Source: Minisyncoccota bacterium
GTDB lineage: Bacteria > Patescibacteriota > Minisyncoccia > Phycocordibacterales > UBA9973
NCBI GenBank assembly: GCA_035714785.1
Contig: DASTLQ010000004.1
Location: forward strand, 48,248 to 112,247
DNA: 64,000 nt
Direction: 5' to 3'
Made by a program: the position numbers and the translations under genes
Notes under the pieces: generated by a model
The model's database searches: none
What the model was told of the DNA's origin: nothing
Seen by the model: only the letters and a program-made list of their open reading frames with translations
In this document: in pieces, positions 1 to 7,906 of the stretch
How positions within the stretch are numbered: the first letter of the stretch is position 1
Layout: every line of letters starts with the position of its first letter

Positions 1-185
1 AAGAAGCACTCGGGCTCTACAACGCAGGCGCTACTTTTGTGGTGATGCCACATTATCTCGGGGCGCAGTATGCATCAGAGAGAATTGAAAAATGGGGTAT
101 CATGAAAGAGAAAGCTGATTGGGAAAGTGAAAAAGCAAAACATCTGGAATATTTGGAAAATAGAAAAAAGTTTACAGAGGAGTAA
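1..185 (+). CDS. 3' fragment of a gene running off the window start; unknown function (C-terminus faintly RCK/TrkA-C-like)
   Basis: Frame 3 is open from position 3 to TAA at 183-185 and encodes ...NAGATFVVMPHYLGAQYASERIEKWG... No start codon lies within the window. Confidence 0.3.
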   Translation, partial: EALGLYNAGATFVVMPHYLGAQYASERIEKWGIMKEKADWESEKAKHLEYLENRKKFTEE

Positions 186-220
186 AAAGTGCGCATTTAT
201 AAATAATTTTAAAATAAAAA

Positions 221-670
221 ATGAAAAAAACATATTTATGGATAGTGGTGCTGATTGTTTTAGTAGCAATTGCGTGGATAGCTATGGAAGAGAGAAGAGA
301 AGTGACGGCTCCGTCGGTAGTTGAGGAAATAAGCAACGAGGACGCAAGTGACGAAACAGAAAATACGGTGACAGAAGTATCCGCGGATGCAGAAGTAAAA
401 GAGTTTGTGATAGAGGGTAACAATTTTGCCTTTGTTCCAAATACTATGGAAGTTAAAAAGGGGGATAAGGTGAAAGTAGTGTTTAAATCTACCGAAGGTT
501 TCCATGATTTTGTGATTGATGAATACGGGGCTGCAACAAAACAACTTCGCGCTCCGGCAGAGGAAGTACTTGAGTTTACTGCAGATAAGGTAGGCACTTT
601 TGAATACTATTGTTCAGTGGGCACTCATCGTCAAATGGGAATGGTAGGAACTTTGACCGTGACGGAGTAG
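221..670 (+). CDS. membrane-anchored cupredoxin (type-1 blue copper protein, plastocyanin/amicyanin-like)
   Basis: N-terminal TM helix. The C-terminus carries His (EGFHDF) and a YYCSVGTHRQMGM Cys-His-Met ligand set typical of cupredoxins. Confidence 0.6.
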   Translation: MKKTYLWIVVLIVLVAIAWIAMEERREVTAPSVVEEISNEDASDETENTVTEVSADAEVKEFVIEGNNFAFVPNTMEVKKGDKVKVVFKSTEGFHDFVIDEYGAATKQLRAPAEEVLEFTADKVGTFEYYCSVGTHRQMGMVGTLTVTE

Positions 671-679
671 AATATAAGA

Positions 680-1078
680 ATGGTAGAACTATCTCAAAAA
701 GAAAAGAAACGTTTTTCCGTGGTGGCGCGAATCAATAGCGCCAACCATGCTTGGCGAGGAATAAAAATATTGCTATCAGCATGTCACAATATGTGGGGAC
801 ATATTTTCTTTTCTTTGGTTGCTGTGTATTTAGGATTTATTTTGGAAATTTCTTCCTACGAATGGATAGCGATCGTCTTTGCTATTGCTTTGGTTGTCGT
901 GACAGAGACATTAAATACTGCGATTGAAATCGATATGGACCTCACTTCTCCGGATTTTCATCCGTACGCTAGAGATACAAAAGATGTGGCGGCGGGAGGA
1001 GTGCTTTTGGCTGTTGTCTTTGCCATCATTATCGGCATGATTGTTTTCTTGCCCAAGATATATCCTATGTTAATATAA
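680..1078 (+). CDS. dgkA: diacylglycerol kinase / undecaprenol kinase family (DgkA)
   Basis: About 130 aa with three TM helices. Motifs ETLNTAIE, D..D and GGVLLAVVFA match the prokaryotic DAGK family. Confidence 0.7.
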   Translation: MVELSQKEKKRFSVVARINSANHAWRGIKILLSACHNMWGHIFFSLVAVYLGFILEISSYEWIAIVFAIALVVVTETLNTAIEIDMDLTSPDFHPYARDTKDVAAGGVLLAVVFAIIIGMIVFLPKIYPMLI

Positions 1079-1082
1079 GATT

Positions 1083-1433
1083 ATGTTTAGATTAAACCGA
1101 GAAAATGTCCTCAGCCTGTTTCTAGCCTTTGTAGTGATCTGGTTTGGGGTAAATGAATTTACAAATCCAGCAAGCTGGACTGCTTTTATTCCACAGTTCT
1201 TAAATGTAAGCGGAGAAATGGCGCGATATATGGTGATGGCTCATGGAGCGATCCTAGTATTGGCTGGGCTTGCATTGGTGTTTGATTGGAAGAGAAGAAG
1301 TGCAGCGTTTGTAATTTTTATAATGATCCTTTCTATCGTCGCAACCATTATTATGGGTGAAGGATTAGGAGAAATTGCAGTGCGTGATATCGGACTGCTC
1401 GGCATGGCTTTGGCTCTGTCGCTTAGAAGTTAA
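1083..1433 (+). CDS. small polytopic membrane protein (DoxX-like)
   Basis: 116 aa with four predicted hydrophobic segments and no catalytic motif. Confidence 0.35.
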   Translation: MFRLNRENVLSLFLAFVVIWFGVNEFTNPASWTAFIPQFLNVSGEMARYMVMAHGAILVLAGLALVFDWKRRSAAFVIFIMILSIVATIIMGEGLGEIAVRDIGLLGMALALSLRS

Positions 1434-1444
1434 AATATAATTTT

Positions 1445-1945
1445 ATGAATACACAAGTAAAAATTTTCGTGGGAGTGATTGCGTTTTTGATTCTTGCCAC
1501 AGTGGTGACTGTTATTATTCGTCAAGGAAGCGGTGGTCCAGCAGTAAAAGACGGACAATATGATTCTTTTGCGCAATGTTTGACCGAACAGGGTGCGATG
1601 TTTTATGGAACTTTTTGGTGTCCTTACTGCAAACAGCAAAAGGATATGTTTGGTTCTTCTGTTAAATATATGCCATACACTGAGTGTTCTACTCCAGATG
1701 GACAGTCCCAGACGGCAGTATGTAGAGAAGCAGAAATTGCCAACTATCCTACTTGGGTATTTGCTGATGGAAGCCGATTAAATGGTCTAGTGCCTCTAGA
1801 GACTTTGGCTGAAAAGACTTCTTGCCAGTTGCCAAGTGATGCTCCGGTGGATGTGTCTTCTGAAGAAGTCGGAGAAAGCTCTTTGGAACCTTCAGCTGAG
1901 CTAGGAGAAGATCAGACAGGATTGGAGGCGGAGGTAGTAGAATAA
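1445..1945 (+). CDS. membrane-anchored thioredoxin-fold thiol-disulfide oxidoreductase (BdbD/DsbA-like)
   Basis: N-terminal TM helix and a WCPYC CxxC active site. It sits immediately upstream of a DsbB-like gene. Confidence 0.5.
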   Translation: MNTQVKIFVGVIAFLILATVVTVIIRQGSGGPAVKDGQYDSFAQCLTEQGAMFYGTFWCPYCKQQKDMFGSSVKYMPYTECSTPDGQSQTAVCREAEIANYPTWVFADGSRLNGLVPLETLAEKTSCQLPSDAPVDVSSEEVGESSLEPSAELGEDQTGLEAEVVE

Positions 1946-1956
1946 TTTAAAAAACT

Positions 1957-2502
1957 ATGACATTCCAAGCAATAAACAACTTAAATATGTTTCTTGGAGC
2001 AGGAGCTATCGCGCTGCAGTTCTTTTCCGTGCTTACGCTTTTCATGCTCTTTTTTGGACCAAGAAAAAATGCTTTTCTTGATTACGTAGACAAGCACTTT
2101 TTGATTTTAGGATTTCTTATTTCGCTTTTCGCATCGCTTTTTTCGATGGTATATACCGAAGTAGTAGGATTCCTAGCATGTGCATTGTGCTGGTATCAGA
2201 GAATCTTTCTTTTCCCGCAAGTATTTCTTTTTGGAGTAGCTCTATGGGAAAAGGATAAGAAAGTGATCAAATATGCGTTACCGCTTCTCCTAGTGGGATT
2301 CGTCATTTCCATCTATCAGACATTCGTATATTACTTTGGAGATGTAAATGCACCCTGCGATGCTTCTGGTATTTCTTGCTATCAACAGCTAGTCTCAGTC
2401 TTCGGCGGATACATCTCGATACCAATGCTTTCGATGACTTCTTTCTTCTCTATGATAGTGCTCCTATCGGTTGTGCATTTTTACGGAAAGAGAAATCTCT
2501 AA
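1957..2502 (+). CDS. disulfide bond formation protein B (DsbB/BdbC family)
   Basis: Four TM helices. CALCWYQR lies in the first periplasmic loop and a second Cys pair (C..C) in the second loop, as in BdbC. Confidence 0.6.
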   Translation: MTFQAINNLNMFLGAGAIALQFFSVLTLFMLFFGPRKNAFLDYVDKHFLILGFLISLFASLFSMVYTEVVGFLACALCWYQRIFLFPQVFLFGVALWEKDKKVIKYALPLLLVGFVISIYQTFVYYFGDVNAPCDASGISCYQQLVSVFGGYISIPMLSMTSFFSMIVLLSVVHFYGKRNL

Positions 2503-2603
2503 AAGGGTCCACCTTCGCCAAAGGCGAAGGCGGACCCTTTACACACCCACCACCCTTACCTGTGGATAACATGCAAGGGGACCCCTTACACTTTATCCAC
2601 AAA
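2501..2603. repeat. composite palindromic repeat copy R1 (hairpin module + DnaA-box module + GGGGACCCC palindrome)
   Basis: Reads GGGTCCACCTTCGCCaaaGGCGAAGGCGGACCC...CCTGTGGATAACATGCAAGGGGACCCCTTAC...TTATCCACA. Confidence 0.85.
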
Positions 2604-2614
2604 TATTAAGAAAT

Positions 2615-2875
2615 ATGGAAAACGAAAAAATAACAAAAGAAGAAAAAAAGGAAAAAGAGACTTTACGAAAAGCCCTGCAGAATCAATCAAAAGGGTACAT
2701 CTTAGCGGGACTTGGATTAGTGTCGGGTCTTGCATGGAATGATGCGATACGGACGCTGATCGAAACGGTCTTTCCATTTTCTAAAGATGAAGTCTGGGTA
2801 AAATTTATATATGCGATAGTTATCACCTTGGTGGTCGTACTCATCGGCCGATATGTTTTTAAGGCGCAAAAATAG
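2615..2875 (+). CDS. hypothetical small membrane protein (Lys/Glu-rich N-terminus, two TM helices)
   Basis: 86-aa ORF bracketed on both sides by repeat copies R1 and R2. Confidence 0.4.
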   Translation: MENEKITKEEKKEKETLRKALQNQSKGYILAGLGLVSGLAWNDAIRTLIETVFPFSKDEVWVKFIYAIVITLVVVLIGRYVFKAQK

Positions 2876-2947
2876 GTGTAAGGGGACCCCTTACCTGTGG
2901 ATAACATGTAAGGGGTCCCCTTACATGTTATCCACAGGGTCCACGTG
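2876..2947. repeat. composite palindromic repeat copy R2
   Basis: Reads GTGTAAGGGGACCCCTTAC CTGTGGATAACATG TAAGGGGTCCCCTTAC ATGTTATCCACAGG GTCCAC. The central ~45 bp is a near-perfect palindrome. Confidence 0.85.
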
Positions 2948-2960
2948 CTAGAATACTGAT

Positions 2961-4514
2961 ATGGAAATTAAAAATAAAGAGGCGCAAATTGCCGTGGTGG
3001 ATTTGGGTTCGCAATACACAGAAATAATCAGGCGAAGTTTGCGCTATCTCGGTTTTTCTTCGGTAATTCTTTCTCCCAATGAAACTTTAGAATGGGTAAG
3101 GCAAAACCATCCAAAGGGCATAATATTGTCCGGTGGAAGTGCCAGCGTATACGACGCTGATGCTCCAAAAATTCCCGAAGAGATTTTAGAACTAAAAATT
3201 CCTATATTTGGAATATGTTTTGGCATGCAGTGGCTCGCGTATATTTCCGACAGAAATGCTGTGCATCAAGTGAAAGAAGGAAAGTCGTATGGACCAGTAG
3301 AAGTAGAAGTGGGCGAAAACACCAAGAGCCATCTTTTTCAAAATGTTGGCAAAAAAATCAAAGCTTGGTCTAGTCATGGAGATTCTGTAAAAATTGCGCC
3401 AGCTGGTTTTCAAATAGTTGCTACGTCAAAAGATGGTTCAGTCATTGAAGCAATGGAAGATTCTTCTAGAAAGTTTTACGGAGTGCAATTTCATCCAGAA
3501 GTAGAACAAACAGAAGATGACAATCAGATTCTATTAAACTTTGTTGAAAAAATTTGCGGATGTGAAAAAGATTATTCTAAAAGTGATGTTATTAAAGAAA
3601 TTCGAGAGAACACTGAAAAGGAATTGGGGCCGGATGGTATAGCCATCATCGGTGTTTCTGGTGGAGTAGACTCTACTACTCTCGCAGCGATCCTCTCTCC
3701 GGTGCTGGGGAATCGTTTAAAAGCTTTCATGATCGATACAGGAGGTATGCGTGAAGGTGAAGTGGAGGCAGTTTTAAAAATAGCTCAAAAGGCGAAGATA
3801 CCTTTGGAAATAATAACAAAATACAAGGAGCGATTTATCGAAGAGATTGGAAAAACGATTGACGCAGAAGAAAAGCGGGCAAAATTTCGCCAAGTATATG
3901 GTGAAGTATTTCGTGAAGTAGCCAAGTCTTACGATGCTACTCATATGATTCAAGGTACTTTAGCCACGGACTTGATTGAGTCAGGAAGCAAGGGAGGCTC
4001 TGCCATGATTAAAACGCATCACAATGTTGATCTTGATTTAGGGTTAAAGGAAATAATGCCTCTCTCTGATTATTTTAAATTTGAAATCAGGGAGCTTGCT
4101 TCAGAGTTTGGATTAGAAGAGCTAGTTGCAAAACGCCAACCATTTCCAGGCCCCGGACTTTTTTTAAGAATTGTTGGAGTTCCTATTACATCTGAGTTGC
4201 TCGAGATTGTCAGAGATGCAGATACCTCCGTAAAAAATATTCTTCAAAAACATGGTGTATATGAAATGATTTCTCAGACAATCGTTTCATTGCTCGGGGT
4301 AAAGACTGTCGGCGTAAAAGGGGATGGAAGAGTATATGGATACGCAATGGCTGTCCGTACTGTAGAAACAGTTGATTTCATGACTGCAAAAGGATTTTAT
4401 TTAAATAAAGAAATATGCGAGGAGATTGTCGCTTCTCTGACTAGTCACAGAGAAATAGTGCGAGTGTTCTTTGACTTTACTCCAAAGCCTCCAGCTACAA
4501 TGGAATATGAATAA
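2961..4514 (+). CDS. guaA: GMP synthase (glutamine-hydrolysing)
   Basis: Class-I GATase with GICFGMQ and HPE. ATP-pyrophosphatase P-loop SGGVDS. Typical GuaA C-terminal dimerisation domain. Confidence 0.95.
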   Translation: MEIKNKEAQIAVVDLGSQYTEIIRRSLRYLGFSSVILSPNETLEWVRQNHPKGIILSGGSASVYDADAPKIPEEILELKIPIFGICFGMQWLAYISDRNAVHQVKEGKSYGPVEVEVGENTKSHLFQNVGKKIKAWSSHGDSVKIAPAGFQIVATSKDGSVIEAMEDSSRKFYGVQFHPEVEQTEDDNQILLNFVEKICGCEKDYSKSDVIKEIRENTEKELGPDGIAIIGVSGGVDSTTLAAILSPVLGNRLKAFMIDTGGMREGEVEAVLKIAQKAKIPLEIITKYKERFIEEIGKTIDAEEKRAKFRQVYGEVFREVAKSYDATHMIQGTLATDLIESGSKGGSAMIKTHHNVDLDLGLKEIMPLSDYFKFEIRELASEFGLEELVAKRQPFPGPGLFLRIVGVPITSELLEIVRDADTSVKNILQKHGVYEMISQTIVSLLGVKTVGVKGDGRVYGYAMAVRTVETVDFMTAKGFYLNKEICEEIVASLTSHREIVRVFFDFTPKPPATMEYE

Positions 4515-5130
4515 TCAACCACAGTTTACACAAAAAGAAAAAAAATTGATAAAGAGTCTGAACACTCCAGCGAAGATTCAGGATTTTTTAAATAAACTTC
4601 CTTTTAATTTTGAAAAGGACGGACACGATACTATTAAATCTCCACTCCGTACTCTTCGCGAAAAGAATGCGCATTGTTTTGAAGGGGCACTTCTCGGTGC
4701 TTATATTTTATCGCAACACGGACACACTCCGCTTTTGCTTCATTTGAAAACGACTAGTGATGATATGGACCATGTGATAGCTCCTTTTAAAATAAATGGA
4801 TTGTGGGGCGCACTGTCGAAAACTAATCATGCTGTTTTGCGATATAGAGATCCGGTGTACAAAAATATTCGCGAATTAGTGATGTCGTATTTTCATGAAT
4901 ATTTTTTATATAACGGGAAGAAGACCCTCAGGCAGTATTCGAAGCCTCTTGATATGCGTGTGTTTAAAAAAGGATGGGAGGTTTCTGTTGAAGATTTGTG
5001 GATCGTAGATGAAGCCTTGGATAGGGCAAAGAATTTCGATATTGCGCCAAAAAATATTATTGCAAAGCTTCGCAAGGCCGACATTCTGGAAAGAAAAGTA
5101 GGGCAAGTAGAAGAATATCCAAAGGGGTAA
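4507..5130 (+). CDS. hypothetical protein (conserved Cys/His, possibly transglutaminase-like)
   Basis: ATG at 4507 overlaps the guaA stop. Soluble protein with HCFEGALLGAYIL...H motifs. No confident family assignment. Confidence 0.4.
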   Translation: MNNQPQFTQKEKKLIKSLNTPAKIQDFLNKLPFNFEKDGHDTIKSPLRTLREKNAHCFEGALLGAYILSQHGHTPLLLHLKTTSDDMDHVIAPFKINGLWGALSKTNHAVLRYRDPVYKNIRELVMSYFHEYFLYNGKKTLRQYSKPLDMRVFKKGWEVSVEDLWIVDEALDRAKNFDIAPKNIIAKLRKADILERKVGQVEEYPKG

Positions 5131-5182
5131 GGGGGGTAAGGGGACCCTTAACATGCAAGGGGACCCCTTACATGTTACATCT
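5123..5182. repeat. composite palindromic repeat copy R3 (degenerate)
   Basis: Reads GGGGTAAGGGGGGTAAGGGGACCCTTAACATGCAAGGGGACCCCTTACATGTTACATC, lying between convergent genes. Confidence 0.8.
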
Positions 5183-7181
5183 AGAGGCCGAAGATTTTGC
5201 GGACTAAGGACACTAGCCAGTTTCTTTTCTGAGGAGCCTCTCGTTCTGCGGACTTTTCTGATTCGCCGCCACGCGCCAATCCTGCGTCATTCCCTAGCTT
5301 CTGGCCGTCCGTCAGTCCCGCGCCACCTCCTAACTTCTCGCCGCCCGCCCGCCTCATCTCTTCGAGCTGTCTTCTAATTTCTTGGCTGATTTCGTCCCTG
5401 CTTGCCAGTGAACGCTGACTTGCTTGAAATGCTCCAATATTATTCTCAACCCCCGCGCGATTTGCTGGCACCGACAAGATTGCACCCACACCCTCCTTCT
5501 TTTCAAATTTTTTCATAAGCTCATTCCAGTTTTTTCCTGATAGGGAAGAAAGGACATAGCTCGTCTCCCAAAGTTTGTTTTTTTCATTTTCATTTTTTAT
5601 CCCACCAGTTGTATCTTCCACATTTTTCAAAAAGCCGTAAGCGGTGTTTTTGGTTGTTCCATGTTTCCAATTTTCAATTTTCTCTCCCATGGCTAGAATG
5701 CCCTGCATAGCCCATGCGGTAGAAGAAACATTTCCAAAACCTCCATTTTCTTTCTGCGATCTTTTCAAAAAATCTTTTGCTTTTGCTATAGAATTTTTTG
5801 CAGAAGAGTTTAGTGGAAAGTTGGAAAGGGCGACGATGCTTGCGCCAGTCATGTCGGGGCTATCATTCCACGAACCGTTTGCCATTTGTTTGGAAATAAT
5901 AAATGACATAGCATTTTGAATCATCTTCTCCTCTGTCGAATATCCCGCGTTCAGTAGCACGATGATGGCAAATACGTCGTCATTGTACAGTGCGGTATCT
6001 CCAAACTGATTGCCTTTATACGAGTCCACAATTTTTTGAATATAGTTTTCACCGTTTGTTCCGTACGGATTTAGTCCTAGGGCCATCAAGGCCATCGCTC
6101 GACGTTCGATGTCTGTCAGAGTATTACCCGTCGGTTTATTTGTAGCCAAATATTGAAAGAGTTTTGCTTTTTCAAGAGGGAAGTCGGAGTTTCCGAAAAA
6201 AGCGATTGCAGTCCATTCAGTGAAAAGATCTGCGCCAAAAGATCCACCTTCTTCTTGCTGAGAAACTAGATATTTGAAAGCATTATTTATATTGAAGTTA
6301 GAATCATTTTCTTCCTTGGTTGTGGTAACTGGTTTCGCTGGGGTCACAGAACTTCCGCCACCACTACTTCCGCTAGAGCCTCCACCACCACTTCCACTGG
6401 AACCGCCACCACTGGAACCGCCACCCCCACCACCTCCGCCGCTGGATGGAGCTGCCGTCACCACTAATTCCTCTGTTGGAAAGTAGTAGTCTTCCTTTAC
6501 TCCAAAATTATATGTGCCCACCGCAAGAGAAGAAAAAATTGCTTTTCCTTCGTTATCTACCGGCATAGTCACTATCTCAAGTGGCGTCCATGGGTCACTC
6601 GGATTTGGCTGTGTCGCCCCGATAGTCACACCTCCTCGAGCGGTCCACGAATTGTTTTCATAGTCGTATAAAAAAGCTGTGACCGTGACAGTACCGTTTG
6701 TGTAGATGGAACTTGCGCTGAGAGTGATTTTACTTTGAGATCCAAAATATACGTATACTGTTTCGTTGCCAGAAAGAATTGTTTTGTCCATTCCTTCTTG
6801 AGGATAATTTCCATTTACCACAAATTGCCAGTCATCGCATTTGTTGCCCGTGGAGCCGTTGATGCATTTTAAATAGAGGGATTCGAAGGAAGAAAAATAC
6901 TGTAACTCCGAGATATTGAAATTTTCACTTAGAAGATCGGCTGTGTTCACAATAGATAGCACGCTTTTTGCGTCGATGGTCCTAGGCGTACCAGTACTAT
7001 CTGTAAGCTCCACCGTTTCTCCTTCAGGTAGAGCAACTGCACCTTCAAATAATTTCACATTTCCATCTTGGATGATCAGGTTTACGTCCGCCAGCGCAAT
7101 TTGGTTTCCAAAAACAAAAGCGATTAATAAAAAGAACCCGATGCCGAACACTGCACTCGATAATGATTTAATTTTTTGCAT
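5181..7181 (-). CDS. secreted or surface protein with a DUF4430-like beta domain, Ig-like domain, Gly/Ser linker and prenyltransferase/squalene-oxidase-like alpha/alpha-toroid repeats (transcobalamin-like architecture)
   Basis: Signal peptide present. The N-terminal domain ends in DDWQFVVNGNYPQEGMDKTILSGNETVYVYFG, the W.F.VNG...G...L..G..V..Y pattern. A GGGGGGGGSSGGGSSGSGGGG linker follows. The C-terminal repeats (ALYNDDVFAIIVLLNAG, MTGASIVALS, STAWAMQGILAMG) resemble alpha/alpha toroid proteins. A candidate cobalamin riboswitch lies directly upstream. Confidence 0.5.
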   Translation of the reverse strand: MQKIKSLSSAVFGIGFFLLIAFVFGNQIALADVNLIIQDGNVKLFEGAVALPEGETVELTDSTGTPRTIDAKSVLSIVNTADLLSENFNISELQYFSSFESLYLKCINGSTGNKCDDWQFVVNGNYPQEGMDKTILSGNETVYVYFGSQSKITLSASSIYTNGTVTVTAFLYDYENNSWTARGGVTIGATQPNPSDPWTPLEIVTMPVDNEGKAIFSSLAVGTYNFGVKEDYYFPTEELVVTAAPSSGGGGGGGGSSGGGSSGSGGGGSSGSSGGGSSVTPAKPVTTTKEENDSNFNINNAFKYLVSQQEEGGSFGADLFTEWTAIAFFGNSDFPLEKAKLFQYLATNKPTGNTLTDIERRAMALMALGLNPYGTNGENYIQKIVDSYKGNQFGDTALYNDDVFAIIVLLNAGYSTEEKMIQNAMSFIISKQMANGSWNDSPDMTGASIVALSNFPLNSSAKNSIAKAKDFLKRSQKENGGFGNVSSTAWAMQGILAMGEKIENWKHGTTKNTAYGFLKNVEDTTGGIKNENEKNKLWETSYVLSSLSGKNWNELMKKFEKKEGVGAILSVPANRAGVENNIGAFQASQRSLASRDEISQEIRRQLEEMRRAGGEKLGGGAGLTDGQKLGNDAGLARGGESEKSAEREAPQKRNWLVSLVRKIFGL

Positions 7182-7234
7182 AGTAATAATAAACTTGGCT
7201 AATAAATAACTGGGCTAATAAATTTGGCTAATAA

Positions 7235-7262
7235 ATAAAAAAATTCTGCCGCCGGCAGAATC
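7235..7262 (-). terminator. intrinsic terminator-like hairpin + U-tract (likely expression platform of the riboswitch)
   Basis: On the minus strand, TTCTGCCGGCGGCAGAA (8-bp stem) is followed by TTTTTTTATTTAT. It lies between the riboswitch core and the start codon at 7181. Confidence 0.45.
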
Positions 7263-7264
7263 AT

Positions 7265-7440
7265 GGTTCCAAAAATCAGTAGAATAAAAAGATTTAGGAT
7301 ATCCTGCTCGGGATCCGCTCGAAATCGAGACGGAAAAAATGAATGGTAGTCGGACTTGTCTCTCAGAGAGAGCATACCGTAGCGGCACTGTACCGGAATC
7401 ACACCGGTTTCCCCAAACATTTTCTTAAATTGTTAAAGGC
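7265..7440 (-). promoter_or_regulatory. candidate cobalamin (B12) riboswitch
   Basis: The minus-strand core GGGGAAACCGGUGUGAUUCCGGUACAGUGCCGCUACGGUA matches the conserved cobalamin-riboswitch core (GGGAA..GGUG.GA.UCC...GCCGC.AC.GUA; compare E. coli btuB AGGGAAUCCAGUGCGAAUCUGGAGCUGACGCGCAGCGGUA). Downstream ACUACCAUUC and CCCGAGCAGGAUAUCC are B12-box-like. It lies 5' of the 5181..7181 gene. Confidence 0.5.
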
Positions 7441-7466
7441 ACGTTTTTATTCTATGCTAGATATAT

Positions 7467-7898
7467 ATGGAAAGCAAGAGGACAAAAATAATGGTTTTTG
7501 GCACCTTTGATGGTCTGCACGAGGGCCATATGGATTTCTTTAGACAGGCAAAGGCTTTGGCGGAATCTCCATCCTTGACTGTATCAATTGCTCGCGACGT
7601 CAATGTAATTCGCATAAAAGGAGTACGTCCGCTATTAAAGGAAGAAGAAAGGCACGATTTAATAGAAAAATCAGGCCTTGCAGATAGGGTAGTATTGGGA
7701 GAAGAAAACGACTATATTTCCCATATTGCCAGAGAGGATCCAGATATCATTGCGCTAGGATATGATCAGAGTGATTATGTGGAAGGATTGGAAGAAAAGC
7801 TTAGAGCAAATAGTATAAAAGCAGAGATTGTCCGATTGAAACCCTATAAAGAAAACATTTTCAAAAATAGTTTGCTTAGAAAACAAACTGGAATATAA
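7467..7898 (+). CDS. cytidylyltransferase-family nucleotidyltransferase (FAD synthetase RibL-like / glycerol-3-P cytidylyltransferase-like)
   Basis: GTFDGLHEGH is the (H/T)xGH motif of the nucleotidyltransferase alpha/beta phosphodiesterase fold. Length 143 aa. Confidence 0.55.
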   Translation: MESKRTKIMVFGTFDGLHEGHMDFFRQAKALAESPSLTVSIARDVNVIRIKGVRPLLKEEERHDLIEKSGLADRVVLGEENDYISHIAREDPDIIALGYDQSDYVEGLEEKLRANSIKAEIVRLKPYKENIFKNSLLRKQTGI

Positions 7899-7906
7899 TT
7901 TAAGAA

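Noticed and set aside
2376-2609. ORFs that translate the palindromic repeat as ...NMQGDPLH... (2376..2609, 5153..5377, 32115..32459 minus, 2586..2777 minus)
   Set aside because: Their reading frames exist only because the same repeat is present. They overlap real genes or intergenic repeats and have no other coding signal.
6274-6486. Plus-strand ORF encoding PPPLPLEPPPP low-complexity peptide
   Set aside because: It is the antisense of the Gly/Ser linker of the 5181..7181 gene, which is a compositional artefact.
7199-7420. Minus-strand 73-aa ORF across the riboswitch region
   Set aside because: It overlaps the conserved cobalamin-riboswitch core and terminator. RNA structure explains the conservation better than coding.
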